64,000 nt of DNA from Nitrospiraceae bacterium (lineage in GTDB: Bacteria > Nitrospirota > Thermodesulfovibrionia > UBA6902): positions 6,556 to 70,555 of the forward strand of contig QZJG01000057.1 of NCBI GenBank assembly GCA_003599275.1, in the 5' to 3' direction. The position numbers and the translations under genes are program-made. The notes below the pieces were generated by a model, which had not been told where the DNA came from, searched no databases, and saw only the letters and a program-made list of their open reading frames with translations. Each line of letters opens with the position of its first letter. Within the stretch, counting starts at the first letter, position 1. Of the stretch, positions 56,120-64,000 are shown one piece after another.

Positions 56120-57601
56120 ATGGCTGGAAAGATAATAATCAACACAACTCCGGAGCAGACGCGCGTAGCACTGCTTGAAAACAGTACGCAGCTTTCAGAG
56201 CTTTACATCGAGAGGAAAAAAGACCTCAGCCTTGTGGGCAATGTTTATAAGGGGAAGGTGGTCAAGATACTTCCCGGCATGCAGTCCGCTTTTGTGGATA
56301 TAGGGCTCGAAAAGGCGGCCTTTTTGCATGCAGCCGACGTAGTGTCCGGCTTTGACTATTCCATTTTTGGCGAAGACATAGAGGACACGGTGCCTCTGCA
56401 TCTGCCGATTGAAGACCTGCTCAGGGAGGGAGAGGAGGTCTTTGTCCAGGTTTCGAAGGATTCCATAGGCTCCAAAGGCGCAAGGATCACATCTTATATA
56501 ACCCTTCCCGGCAGATACCTCGTTTTCATGCCTGGGGTTGACCATATCGGAATTTCCAGAAAGATAGTTGACGAAGGAGAAAGGACGAGGCTGAAAAACC
56601 TCATTACCGAGCTTAAACCCAAAAACGTCGGCTTTATCATCAGAACGGCAAGCGAGGGATGCACGGAGGAGGAGCTGAAAAAAGATGTAGATTACCTTAT
56701 GCTGCTTTGGGAGAACATCCGGAAGAAAAAGGAAAAGGTAAATCCGCCACAGCTCCTTTACAGCGATCTGAACCTTGCGTTGAGGAGCGTGCGTGACCTC
56801 CTCAGTCATGAAATCGACGAGGTACTCATCGATTCAAAGGAAGAGCATAAGAAACTGACGGATTTTGTGAACACCTATTTCCCGAAATTAATATCCAAAA
56901 TAAAGCTGTATGAGGGGACGGAGCCGATCTTCGACGCCTATGGCATCGAGCTTGAAATACCGAAGGCATTGGGGAAGAGGGTATGGCTCAAGTCTGGCGG
57001 CTACATCGTAATAGACCAGACAGAGGCATTGACATCGATAGATGTCAATACAGGAAAATTCGTGGGCAAAGCCTCGCTTGAAGACACTATCTTTAAGACA
57101 AACATTGAGGCCGTCAAGGAGATCGCCTACCAGATCAGGCTCAGAAATCTCGGCGGCATTATTATTATCGATTTTATAGACATGGAAAAAGAGGAAAACA
57201 GACAAAAGCTTTTTTCCGTCTTCCAGGAGGCGATGAGCAAAGACAGGGCGAAGTGCACAATCCTGGAGGTCTCGGAGCTCGGCCTCATACAGATGACGAG
57301 AAAACGGGTGAGGGAAAGCCTCGAGCAGGTATTGTGTGAACCATGCCATTACTGTGACGGGAAGGGGTTTGTAAAGTCTCCCACGACGGTGTGCTATGAA
57401 ATATTTATGGAGCTGAGAAGGATTGCCTTAAAGAAGAAAAACTGCAAGATAATGGTCACGACGCATCCTTATGTGGCAGACCTTATATTCGAAGACGAAC
57501 GGGAGGGGCTGGAGTCTCTTGAAAAGGAAAACGGGTTCAAGATAATACTTAAAGCCGACAACACCTTCCATCAGGAATTCTACGAAGTTGCGACGCTGTA
57601 G
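56120..57601 (+). CDS. rng: Rne/Rng family ribonuclease (RNase G-like)
   Basis: The S1 domain (GNVYKGKVVKILPGMQSAFVDIG), the catalytic core (IDVNTGKF and GGIIIIDFIDM), and a CPxCxGxG-type zinc link (CEPCHYCDGKG) are present. Confidence 0.9.
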   Translation: MAGKIIINTTPEQTRVALLENSTQLSELYIERKKDLSLVGNVYKGKVVKILPGMQSAFVDIGLEKAAFLHAADVVSGFDYSIFGEDIEDTVPLHLPIEDLLREGEEVFVQVSKDSIGSKGARITSYITLPGRYLVFMPGVDHIGISRKIVDEGERTRLKNLITELKPKNVGFIIRTASEGCTEEELKKDVDYLMLLWENIRKKKEKVNPPQLLYSDLNLALRSVRDLLSHEIDEVLIDSKEEHKKLTDFVNTYFPKLISKIKLYEGTEPIFDAYGIELEIPKALGKRVWLKSGGYIVIDQTEALTSIDVNTGKFVGKASLEDTIFKTNIEAVKEIAYQIRLRNLGGIIIIDFIDMEKEENRQKLFSVFQEAMSKDRAKCTILEVSELGLIQMTRKRVRESLEQVLCEPCHYCDGKGFVKSPTTVCYEIFMELRRIALKKKNCKIMVTTHPYVADLIFEDEREGLESLEKENGFKIILKADNTFHQEFYEVATL

Positions 57602-57639
57602 GAAGTGAGAGTAGTGAATTATTTATAAATTGCTGATTC

Positions 57640-57670
57640 GTCATTCCGGCTTAAAGATTGCCGGAATGAC
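57640..57670. repeat. Palindromic repeat, GTCATTCCGGC family (minimal form)
   Basis: The sequence is GTCATTCCGGC-ttaaagatt-GCCGGAATGAC. Confidence 0.85.
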
Positions 57671-57703
57671 AAAAAAAGAATTTCTTACTTCCCACTTTAC
57701 GAT

Positions 57704-58516
57704 ATGACACTCAACGACAAATTCACCACCCTTAAAGAGACACTGAAGGCGATGGACAGGGTGATCATCGCATATTCGGGCGGCGTTGACAGCGCCTTTC
57801 TTCTGAAGGCTGCCTCCTTGTCCGGACTCGGCGAGGTCCTCGCGGTAACGGGAATATCCGGAAGCCTCCCGCAGGAGGAACTGTCTTCTGCGAAGGACAT
57901 CGCATTGTCGCTCGATGTAAAACACAGGACAATAATAACGGAAGAGCTTGCAGATGAAAATTATGCGAACAATCCTCCCGACAGGTGCTATTTCTGCAAG
58001 AAAGACCTCTTCGGGAGGCTCAGGAAAATAGCAGATGCGGAGAAAATTCCGTTCATCCTCGACGGCACCAATGCGGATGACGCAAAGGAGTGGCGGCCCG
58101 GCAGACGCGCAGCCGCTGAAGAAGGGGTCCACAGTCCCCTGTTAGACGCCGGCCTGAGTAAAAATGAGATCAGGGAGCTTTCGCGGACCCTCGGTTTGCC
58201 TACCTGGGACAAGCCTGCGACCCCCTGCCTTTCTTCACGCTTCCCTTATGGGCAGAGGATCACGGCAGAGGCCCTTGCGAGGGTAAGCCGCGCAGAGAGT
58301 TTTATAAAAAAATTCGGGACAAGAGAACTGCGGGTCAGGGACCATGCGGAGATGGCGCGAATTGAGGTCCGTCCCGAAGATTTCTCCATATTGACCAACG
58401 ATGATGCAAGAAATAAAATTGTAGAATTTCTGAAATCCCTCGGTTATAAATACGTCACCCTGGACCTTCAGGGCTTCAGGAGTGGAAGCTTGAATGAACG
58501 AAACCACATATCATAA
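57704..58516 (+). CDS. larE: PP-loop ATP-utilising enzyme, LarE-like sulfur transferase family
   Basis: The SGGVDS PP-loop is present. A conserved Cys context (PATPCLSSRFPYG) resembles the LarE sacrificial-Cys motif. I saw no larB or larC in the window. Confidence 0.7.
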   Translation: MTLNDKFTTLKETLKAMDRVIIAYSGGVDSAFLLKAASLSGLGEVLAVTGISGSLPQEELSSAKDIALSLDVKHRTIITEELADENYANNPPDRCYFCKKDLFGRLRKIADAEKIPFILDGTNADDAKEWRPGRRAAAEEGVHSPLLDAGLSKNEIRELSRTLGLPTWDKPATPCLSSRFPYGQRITAEALARVSRAESFIKKFGTRELRVRDHAEMARIEVRPEDFSILTNDDARNKIVEFLKSLGYKYVTLDLQGFRSGSLNERNHIS

Positions 58517-59684
58517 AGAACTTTCAAAATGCGTCCGGTGCGGCGCATGCAAATCATTATGCCCGACGTATTTAACGACACTGAATGAAACGATGGGGGC
58601 CAGGGGCAGGGTGGCCATGCTGGGTGAGCTCGAAGAGGACCGCCTTTCGCCTACAAAGGGGCTTGCCGAAAAGATATTCAGTTGCATGCTCTGCGGGGCC
58701 TGCAAGAACCTCTGCCCTACCGGGATCGATATCCAGGAGGTCATATATCAGGGAAGGGCCAGGCTGAAAAAATCCTTCGGGCGCGGCCTCCTGCTGCGGA
58801 CCGCCCTGAAATACTCGGCATCGAGGATGGACCCGGCTTTTTCCATATTACGTGGATTGCAGTCGGTATTTTACGGGCCGCTCTTCAACGCGGGCCTTCT
58901 GCCTTACATTCCGGAGATAGCCGCGCGGCCTTTTAACAACAGCAGCCAGGTTTATAAAAATATAAAAAAGATCGGCAGGATGGCGATCTTTGCCGGATGC
59001 AGCGTGAATTATTTTTATCCGTATCTGGGGAAAGCCCTGTCGAACATATTGCTCAAAAAGGGATACGAAGTCGTCGTGTTTAAAGGTGAGTCCTGCTGCG
59101 GTGCGCCATTGAGGTCTGCGGGACTTGAACAGGAGGCATTATCTCTCGCAAAAAAAAATACAGAGCACTTCAGGAAGGTGCGGGCCGAGGCGATAATCAG
59201 CATGTGCCCTACGTGCACCTCGGTAATACGCGGGCAATATCCGCTTCTGACCGGAGACACGATCCCTAATTTCCTGGACGTAAATGAATTCATCGTCAAA
59301 TACGGCATCGCGGAAGGTCTTGAAACGGGCCCGGAGGTCGTTACCTACCACGATCCCTGCCATCTCAACTACGGACTTGGGACCAGGAAAGAACCCCGTC
59401 AGATCCTCAAAGGCATCCGGGGCGTTGAATTTGTGGAGATGCAGAACGCGGACGAATGCTGCGGGTTTGCGGGTTTCTTCAGCCTGTATTTTAAAGGCAT
59501 ATCAAAAAGTCTCGGAAGAAAAAAGATGGACAGCATAATCAACTCAAAAGCCGGTACGGTAGTCACTTCATGCCCCGGATGCATCATGCAGCTGGAGAGT
59601 CTGAAAATAGAGACTGACGCAAAAGTTGATGTCAGGCATATCGTTGAGATAATTGATGAAGCTATGGGCGCTGGGGTAAAATAA
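58494..59684 (+). CDS. (Fe-S)-binding protein with two ferredoxin-type clusters and two CCG domains (GlcF/HdrD-like)
   Basis: [24 protein letters not shown], and two Cys-rich CCG regions (ESCCGAP and ECCGFAG) are present. Confidence 0.85.
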   Translation: MNETTYHKELSKCVRCGACKSLCPTYLTTLNETMGARGRVAMLGELEEDRLSPTKGLAEKIFSCMLCGACKNLCPTGIDIQEVIYQGRARLKKSFGRGLLLRTALKYSASRMDPAFSILRGLQSVFYGPLFNAGLLPYIPEIAARPFNNSSQVYKNIKKIGRMAIFAGCSVNYFYPYLGKALSNILLKKGYEVVVFKGESCCGAPLRSAGLEQEALSLAKKNTEHFRKVRAEAIISMCPTCTSVIRGQYPLLTGDTIPNFLDVNEFIVKYGIAEGLETGPEVVTYHDPCHLNYGLGTRKEPRQILKGIRGVEFVEMQNADECCGFAGFFSLYFKGISKSLGRKKMDSIINSKAGTVVTSCPGCIMQLESLKIETDAKVDVRHIVEIIDEAMGAGVK

Positions 59685-59724
59685 ACGCGGTATCCGCGGA
59701 TTAATACAAAGGAGAGAGAACCTA

Positions 59725-60369
59725 ATGAAATTTTTTATTGACACGGCAAACACAAAGGAAATCAAAGAGGCGTATTCACTGGGAGTCATAGACGGCGTGA
59801 CTACTAATCCCTCTCTAATGGCAAAAGAGGGCAAAGAGCCGATGAAGCTGCTTAAGGAGATTTGCGCGATAGTTGACGGCCCGGTAAGCGCGGAGGTAAT
59901 CAGCCTCGAGGCTGAAGGGATGGTGAAAGAAGCAAAGAAGCTGGCAAAAATTCACAAGAACATCGTAATTAAGGTCCCGATGACCAAAGACGGGCTCAAG
60001 GCGACAAAGACACTCTCAGGGCTCAAGATAAAAACAAACGTCACACTGATGTTTTCACCGAACCAGGCATTGCTTGCCGCCAAGGCGGGCGCGACTTATG
60101 TAAGCCCGTTTGTGGGGAGGCTCGACGACATAACCCATTACGGCATGGAGCTTGTAAGCCAGATACTTGAAATCTATGACAACTACTCGTTTAACACGGA
60201 GGTCATCGTAGCGAGTATCCGCAACCCGCTTCATGTGCTTGATGCAGCAAGGATAGGCGCCCATGTCGCGACCATCCCCTTTTCGGTCATTGAACAGCTT
60301 TCAAGACATCCGCTTACGGACATCGGAATTGAAAAGTTTCTAAAGGACTGGGAAAAGGTACCGAAGTAA
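59725..60369 (+). CDS. tal: Transaldolase/fructose-6-phosphate aldolase (short, type 3B)
   Basis: [11 protein letters not shown]......G...GVTTNPSL, the Schiff-base Lys in IKVPMT, and [10 protein letters not shown] are present. It resembles the Bacillus-type 212-aa Tal over its full length. Confidence 0.9.
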   Translation: MKFFIDTANTKEIKEAYSLGVIDGVTTNPSLMAKEGKEPMKLLKEICAIVDGPVSAEVISLEAEGMVKEAKKLAKIHKNIVIKVPMTKDGLKATKTLSGLKIKTNVTLMFSPNQALLAAKAGATYVSPFVGRLDDITHYGMELVSQILEIYDNYSFNTEVIVASIRNPLHVLDAARIGAHVATIPFSVIEQLSRHPLTDIGIEKFLKDWEKVPK

Positions 60370-60385
60370 ATTAAGATTGTGTGAT

Positions 60386-60474
60386 GTCATTGCGAGGAGC
60401 ATTAGCGACGAAGCAATCTCACTGGATATAACCGGGCCGAGATTGCCACGCACCCTTCGGGCGCTCGCAATGAC
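60386..60474. repeat. Palindromic repeat, GTCATTGCGAG family, copy 10
   Basis: The sequence is GTCATTGCGAGGAGCATTAGCGACGAAGCAATCTC...GAGATTGCCACGCACCCTTCGGGCGCTCGCAATGAC. Confidence 0.9.
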
Positions 60475-60502
60475 GGTTTGCATGACAATTGGAGGTCAAC
60501 AA

Positions 60503-60721
60503 ATGCCTGTTTACGAATATAAGTGCAATGACTGCAACGAGAACTTTGAAAAGCTTGTCTCCGGGGCAAACCCGGACGTTTCATGCCCGAAATGCAGCTC
60601 GAAAAATATCACGAAGAAGTTTTCCCTGTTCGGCATGAGCGGCGTTGAAAAGCCGGTCACCTCGGCAGGCGGCTCAGGGTGCTCTTCGTGCACCTCTTCC
60701 AAATGTAAAAGCTGCCATTAA
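60503..60721 (+). CDS. FmdB-family zinc-ribbon protein with a Cys-rich tail
   Basis: The sequence MPVYEYKCNDCNENFE...CPKCSS is preceded by GGAGG. The tail is GGSGCSSCTSSKCKSCH. The upstream part of the track's 114-aa ORF is repeat copy 10. Confidence 0.8.
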   Translation: MPVYEYKCNDCNENFEKLVSGANPDVSCPKCSSKNITKKFSLFGMSGVEKPVTSAGGSGCSSCTSSKCKSCH

Positions 60722-60762
60722 AGAGGCTAACAGGCTGCTGAAAAAGTCTGTTGCAATGCCAA

Positions 60763-60838
60763 GTCGTCATACCCGCGAAGGCGGGTATCCATGTCATAAC
60801 ATGGAAGTGGATTCCCGATTACTACCTCGGGAGTGACG
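60763..60838. repeat. Palindromic repeat, GTCGTCATACCCG...GGGAGTGACG family, copy 2
   Basis: The sequence is GTCGTCATACCCGCGAAGGCGGGTATCCATG...GTGGATTCCCGATTACTACCTCGGGAGTGACG. Confidence 0.85.
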
Positions 60839-60887
60839 AACTTCTCGAATTTCAGCAATGACGAATAAAAGGCATGTCCCCAACCCC

Positions 60888-62216
60888 TTAATACTGATAC
60901 TCCATCGCCATCTGGCTAAGGGAGTCTTTGCGAAGGAGGTACTGGACCTTGTCCTCGGCGATCATCCTGAATGCCTGTTTGATAATCTCTTTATAGAATT
61001 CGCAGAACGCCGCCTTTTGGTACATGTTGCCTCTTGCGTGCATTTCAGCCGGGCACGGCGAGCCGCAGATGTGTCTGAAGTCGCAGGTATCGCATTCCTC
61101 GATCTTCTCAACCATCCTCTCGCGGATCTGTTTGAACGGTTTTGACTTCATCGCTGTGTCAATCGACGTCTTGAAGATATTGCCTCCCGAGAATTCCTTG
61201 AATCCGATGAACTCCCCGCACGGGACCATCTCCCCGTCTGCCGTGACAGTGAGGAAGGTCCTTCCGCCGCCGCATGGGGAGATATCGCACATCATGCGTC
61301 TTGCAGTGGGCGCAATAATAGCCAGAATGACGTTTGCGAAATTGCCGATGACGATCTGGTGCTTTGTCTTTTGTGAAAGCTCCATTGCAGTCTCAACCGC
61401 CTTCATCATGTTTTTGGCAAATACCATGTCGTCCGGCTTCAGGCTCCAGGAGCGTTTCTGTGTGAGACGCACCGGGTTTAAAAGCATGCAGGGGACTTTC
61501 TTTTTGTGCAGGAATTTCACAAGCTCCGAGAGTTTATTTACATTGTATTTCGTGACCGTTGCGATAACATTCAGTCCCTCATAGCCCTTGAACCAGTCAA
61601 GCGCCTGCACGGCCTTTTTGAAATTGCCTTCGCCCTTTACAGACACGCGCGAGCGGTTGTTGACAGCAGCAGTAGCCGCGTCAAGGGAAATGCCGACGCC
61701 GACCCTGTATTTCATCATAAAGGCCGCGTCCTTTTTCTCAAGCAGAAGCGCATTGGTCTGGATGCCGAAGAGCATTTTATTGTGATATTTCTTTATCCCT
61801 TCAAAGATAATGTCTTTTGCAAGAAGCGGCTCGGCAGCGTGAAATACGATGACCGGTTTTTTCTTCATGCCGTTGAAATGCTCCGCGATTTTAGACAGTG
61901 TCATGTCCAACTGCTCCCATGTCATCTGTGTGCCGTGCCTTCTGATCTTTGCCGGGATGTAGCAGTAAGGGCAGTTTGCATTGCACCTGTCTGTGGGGTC
62001 AATGTAGACGCAGTTCAGCGGCTCATTGAACCTGAAGTTTTTCATCTCCGTGTCGAGGTGTTCGCGCTCTTTGTTGTAGAGCTTGATCAGATCATCGGGA
62101 AGCATGAATTCCCCGTTGTTACGAGGCAGCAGGCCCCAGAAGACATTCTCCGGATCCAGCGCCAACTTCCATTCTGTATCAATGTTTGAAAACGAAATTC
62201 CGCGTGTGTTGTTCAT
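60888..62216 (-). CDS. Radical SAM/SPASM peptide-maturase-like enzyme (CbpB-like)
   Basis: The CNANCPYC cluster is present. The C-terminal SPASM cysteines are CDISPCGGG...CGEF...CDTCDFRHICGSPCPAE...C. The protein is 442 aa. Confidence 0.85.
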   Translation of the reverse strand: MNNTRGISFSNIDTEWKLALDPENVFWGLLPRNNGEFMLPDDLIKLYNKEREHLDTEMKNFRFNEPLNCVYIDPTDRCNANCPYCYIPAKIRRHGTQMTWEQLDMTLSKIAEHFNGMKKKPVIVFHAAEPLLAKDIIFEGIKKYHNKMLFGIQTNALLLEKKDAAFMMKYRVGVGISLDAATAAVNNRSRVSVKGEGNFKKAVQALDWFKGYEGLNVIATVTKYNVNKLSELVKFLHKKKVPCMLLNPVRLTQKRSWSLKPDDMVFAKNMMKAVETAMELSQKTKHQIVIGNFANVILAIIAPTARRMMCDISPCGGGRTFLTVTADGEMVPCGEFIGFKEFSGGNIFKTSIDTAMKSKPFKQIRERMVEKIEECDTCDFRHICGSPCPAEMHARGNMYQKAAFCEFYKEIIKQAFRMIAEDKVQYLLRKDSLSQMAMEYQY

Positions 62217-62266
62217 TTTGTGTTGCTCTCCTTTTTCATGGTTATATCTGTTACGTAAATACAGCC

Positions 62267-62325
62267 GTCATTGCGGCTTGTCCGCAATCCTTCTTAAAGA
62301 AAGATTCCAGGCAAGCTGGAATGAC
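62267..62325. repeat. Palindromic repeat, hybrid GTCATTGCGGC...GCTGGAATGAC
   Basis: The sequence is GTCATTGCGGCTTGTCCGCAATCC-ttcttaaagaaa-GATTCCAGGCAAGCTGGAATGAC. It lies directly upstream of the rSAM gene. Confidence 0.85.
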
Positions 62326-62378
62326 AATAACAATATGAATACTACCTCGAAATTAAATGACGGACACGACAGTGAATG

Positions 62379-62441
62379 ACCACTGAGGCACTGAGACGCC
62401 GGGGTTTTATTTTTCCTCTGTGCCTCTGTGCCTCTGTGGTT
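62379..62441. repeat. Hairpin repeat, CACAGAG family, 14 nt downstream of the peptide ORF
   Basis: The sequence is ACCACTGAGGCACTGAGACGCCGGGGTTTTATTTTTCCTCTGTGCCTCTGTGCCTCTGTGGTT. Confidence 0.85.
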
Positions 62442-62454
62442 TGCTTATTTTCTG

Positions 62455-62589
62455 TTACAATGGCATCTTCTTCTTCGGCACGTCGCCGTACATTACGAAG
62501 TGCGTAAGGCCGTTTGCTGTCTTGGCGCATTTCATATGAAATGAAATTGCGGCCTTTGTCTTCTTCTCAGCCTTCTTTGCCTTGTTCAT
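62455..62589 (-). CDS. 44-aa candidate precursor peptide (MNKAKKAEKKTKAAISFHMKCAKTANGLTHFVMYGDVPKKKMPL), not in the ORF track (CbpA-like)
   Basis: The Shine-Dalgarno sequence is very strong (AAAGGAGGTGAGGAGTA-ATG). It lies on the same strand between cbiO and the rSAM/SPASM gene. The track's overlapping 62-aa ORF is in a different frame and has no Shine-Dalgarno sequence. Confidence 0.55.
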   Translation of the reverse strand: MNKAKKAEKKTKAAISFHMKCAKTANGLTHFVMYGDVPKKKMPL

Positions 62590-62640
62590 TACTCCTCACC
62601 TCCTTTCTGTCCTTAGCGGTTGCTCAAAAAGTTTGTAATT

Positions 62641-62722
62641 GTCATTGCGAGGAGCGGTTTCAGCGACGAAGCAATCTGTAATTTATTGAAAAGTGAGATT
62701 GCTTTGCTTCGCTCGCAAAGAC
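62641..62722. repeat. Palindromic repeat, GTCATTGCGAG family, copy 11
   Basis: The sequence is GTCATTGCGAGGAGCGGTTTCAGCGACGAAGCAATC...GAGATTGCTTTGCTTCGCTCGCAAAGAC. Confidence 0.85.
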
Positions 62723-62740
62723 GGCAAAAATACTTTTTCA

Positions 62741-63658
62741 TTAGTCTGTATTCTGTGCTCTGTGTTCTTTGTTCTCCATCGCCTTCAGTATCTCTCTTCT
62801 TGCCTCACCGATGGTGAGTGGAATGCGGTCAAAATTTATCTTGTCCTCGTGCTTTAATTTGTAAAGCAGCTCCGCTATATGCGGCAGCCTGAGCTTTATA
62901 TTCGCCATGTCTTCCGGCGCATCAAAGACCTCTTCCGGCGTGCCGCCTCTCGTGATTCTACCCTTGCTCAGGATATAAAGACTGTCAAGAAACACCGGCA
63001 CAAGGTCCACGCTGTGAGTTGCCATTATAACAGTCACGCCGCTTTCCTTGTTCAATTTCCGAAGCAGTTTCATCATCCTGTATTCGCCCATGGGATCGAG
63101 CCCGGCAGTGGGCTCATCAAGAAGGAGCGTTTCATGCCCCATTGCCAAAAGCCCGGCGATGCACGCGCGCTTTTTCTGCCCGAAGCTCAGGTTGTGCACG
63201 GACTTTTTCTCAAGCCCTGAAAGCTCAACCTCCTCCAATGCATTCAGCACACGCCTCTCAACTTCCTTTGCATTAAAGCCCATATTCATCGGGCCGAATG
63301 CCACGTCTTCAAAGAGCGTAGGCGCAAAGAGCTGATCATCCGGACTTTGAAATACAAGCCCGACCTTTTTATATATCTCCTTTGGCGACAGGGTGCTGAT
63401 ATCAATCCCGCTTAAATGGATATTGCCTTCAACCCCCCTTAGCAGCTTGTCCATGGCCCGAAGCAGGGTTGTCTTGCCGGAGCCATTGGCCCCCAGCAGT
63501 CCGACAAACGTACCCTTTTTCACCTCAAGATTTATATCTGAAAGCGCATGCGTTCCATCCGGATATTTGTAGGACACATTTATGACCGAATACATCAGAT
63601 CATTCGTTTCCGTCTGTGCTCTGTGCTCTTTGTTCTGTGTTCTTCTTAAATCATCCAT
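62741..63658 (-). CDS. cbiO: ECF/cobalt-type ABC transporter ATP-binding protein (CbiO/EcfA)
   Basis: Walker A GANGSGKTT, the signature LSFGQKKRACIAGLL, and Walker B LLLDEPTAGLD are present. The ATG at 63658 has GGAGGAGCGGT upstream. Both protein ends contain NKEHRAQ, which is encoded by a repeat. Confidence 0.9.
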   Translation of the reverse strand: MDDLRRTQNKEHRAQTETNDLMYSVINVSYKYPDGTHALSDINLEVKKGTFVGLLGANGSGKTTLLRAMDKLLRGVEGNIHLSGIDISTLSPKEIYKKVGLVFQSPDDQLFAPTLFEDVAFGPMNMGFNAKEVERRVLNALEEVELSGLEKKSVHNLSFGQKKRACIAGLLAMGHETLLLDEPTAGLDPMGEYRMMKLLRKLNKESGVTVIMATHSVDLVPVFLDSLYILSKGRITRGGTPEEVFDAPEDMANIKLRLPHIAELLYKLKHEDKINFDRIPLTIGEARREILKAMENKEHRAQNTD

Positions 63659-64000
63659 ACCGCTCCTCCGATAACTACTACTATAAAGGCAACGGCAAGC
63701 TCTGCGGCCTTTAAGGGCCGGCTCTTTAACAGAGGCATATCACCTGTGTAGCCCCTCTGGATCATCGCATCTGCTGTTTTCTGGCTCTGCTCAAAGCCGC
63801 GCAAGACCAGTGAGCCCGTCAGTACTCCGAATGAATTCAGGCCCCTTCGGAGCCCGGCGTATCCAAGCCGGTTCTTCTGGGCGCTGTAGATGGTAGAGGC
63901 GTCCTCAAGAAAGACAAACAAATACCTGTAGGCAAACATCATGATCTCAATAAAAGGCCGCGGCACGCGCAGCCATGAAAGCGCTGCAACAAACTCGATA
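63646..64000 (-). CDS. cbiQ: ECF transporter transmembrane component CbiQ/EcfT; 5' end lies outside the window
   Basis: The frame is open to the right window edge. The sequence AYRYLFVFLEDASTIYSAQKNR is typical of CbiQ. The gene overlaps the cbiO start by 13 nt. Confidence 0.8.
   Translation of the reverse strand, partial: IEFVAALSWLRVPRPFIEIMMFAYRYLFVFLEDASTIYSAQKNRLGYAGLRRGLNSFGVLTGSLVLRGFEQSQKTADAMIQRGYTGDMPLLKSRPLKAAELAVAFIVVVIGGAVWMI

Noticed and set aside
62342-62530. The track's 62-aa ORF (MRQDSKRPYALRNVRRRAEEEDA...), which overlaps the candidate peptide gene.
   Set aside because: It is in a different frame from the 44-aa ORF that has the Shine-Dalgarno sequence. It has no ribosome-binding site, and its 3' half is a translated CACAGAG hairpin.

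Overview
This is a 64-kb stretch of bacterial chromosome from a diderm, anaerobe-like organism. The lineage cannot be determined from sequence alone; my low-confidence guess is an uncultivated Nitrospirota/Desulfobacterota-type bacterium. All product names come from motifs I recognised by eye; no searches were run.

Gene content is mostly housekeeping:
- uvrB, ccsA/ccsB, argG, dprA, topA, rtcA and an amino-acid ABC transporter.
- phoH, an HD-domain membrane protein, ybeY and a dgkA-PAP2 fusion.
- queA, spoIID, queH, ruvC/A/B, yebC, a major porin, a NusG paralogue, lolA and ftsK.
- tyrS, osmC, pgpA, thpR, recA-pilT-recX, tsaD, ileS-lspA, serS and tRNA-Ser(UGA).
- A fused radical-SAM protein, rng, a larE-like gene, tal and ECF cbiO/cbiQ.

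The unusual content is as follows:
1. The window is saturated with several families of short palindromic hairpin repeats. The commonest is GTCATTGCGAG...CTCGCAATGAC, at 11 loci. Sister families share GTCAT...ATGAC termini, and further families have arms built from tandem 7-9-mers (CACAGAG, CACAGAT and others).
2. One copy of the commonest family carries a small GIY-YIG nuclease gene exactly between its two arms, in a REP/RAYT-like layout with a different enzyme. I rank this as the best candidate for an undescribed mobile or repeat-maintenance system.
3. Several repeats sit in frame inside intact essential genes: queH, cbiO, the lolA signal peptide, the pgpA N-terminus, the radical-SAM fusion linker and ruvC. 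One repeat shows a filled versus empty nested-insertion site.
4. The ORF track misses a glutaredoxin-like gene with two in-frame UGA codons. One is at the active site (U-P-F-T) and one is three codons before the stop (U-G-V-stop). Each is followed at the same distance by a small hairpin with an AGGYY loop, so this is a probable double-selenocysteine protein.
5. A 44-aa ORF with a strong Shine-Dalgarno sequence sits between ECF cbiO/cbiQ and a radical SAM/SPASM enzyme. This is a RiPP-like peptide/maturase pair that resembles what I recall as CbpA/CbpB.
6. An ArsR/SmtB regulator lies next to two AT-rich palindromic candidate operators and a 41-aa SCGCDCGC peptide.

I saw no CRISPR array, rRNA gene, integrase or transposase.
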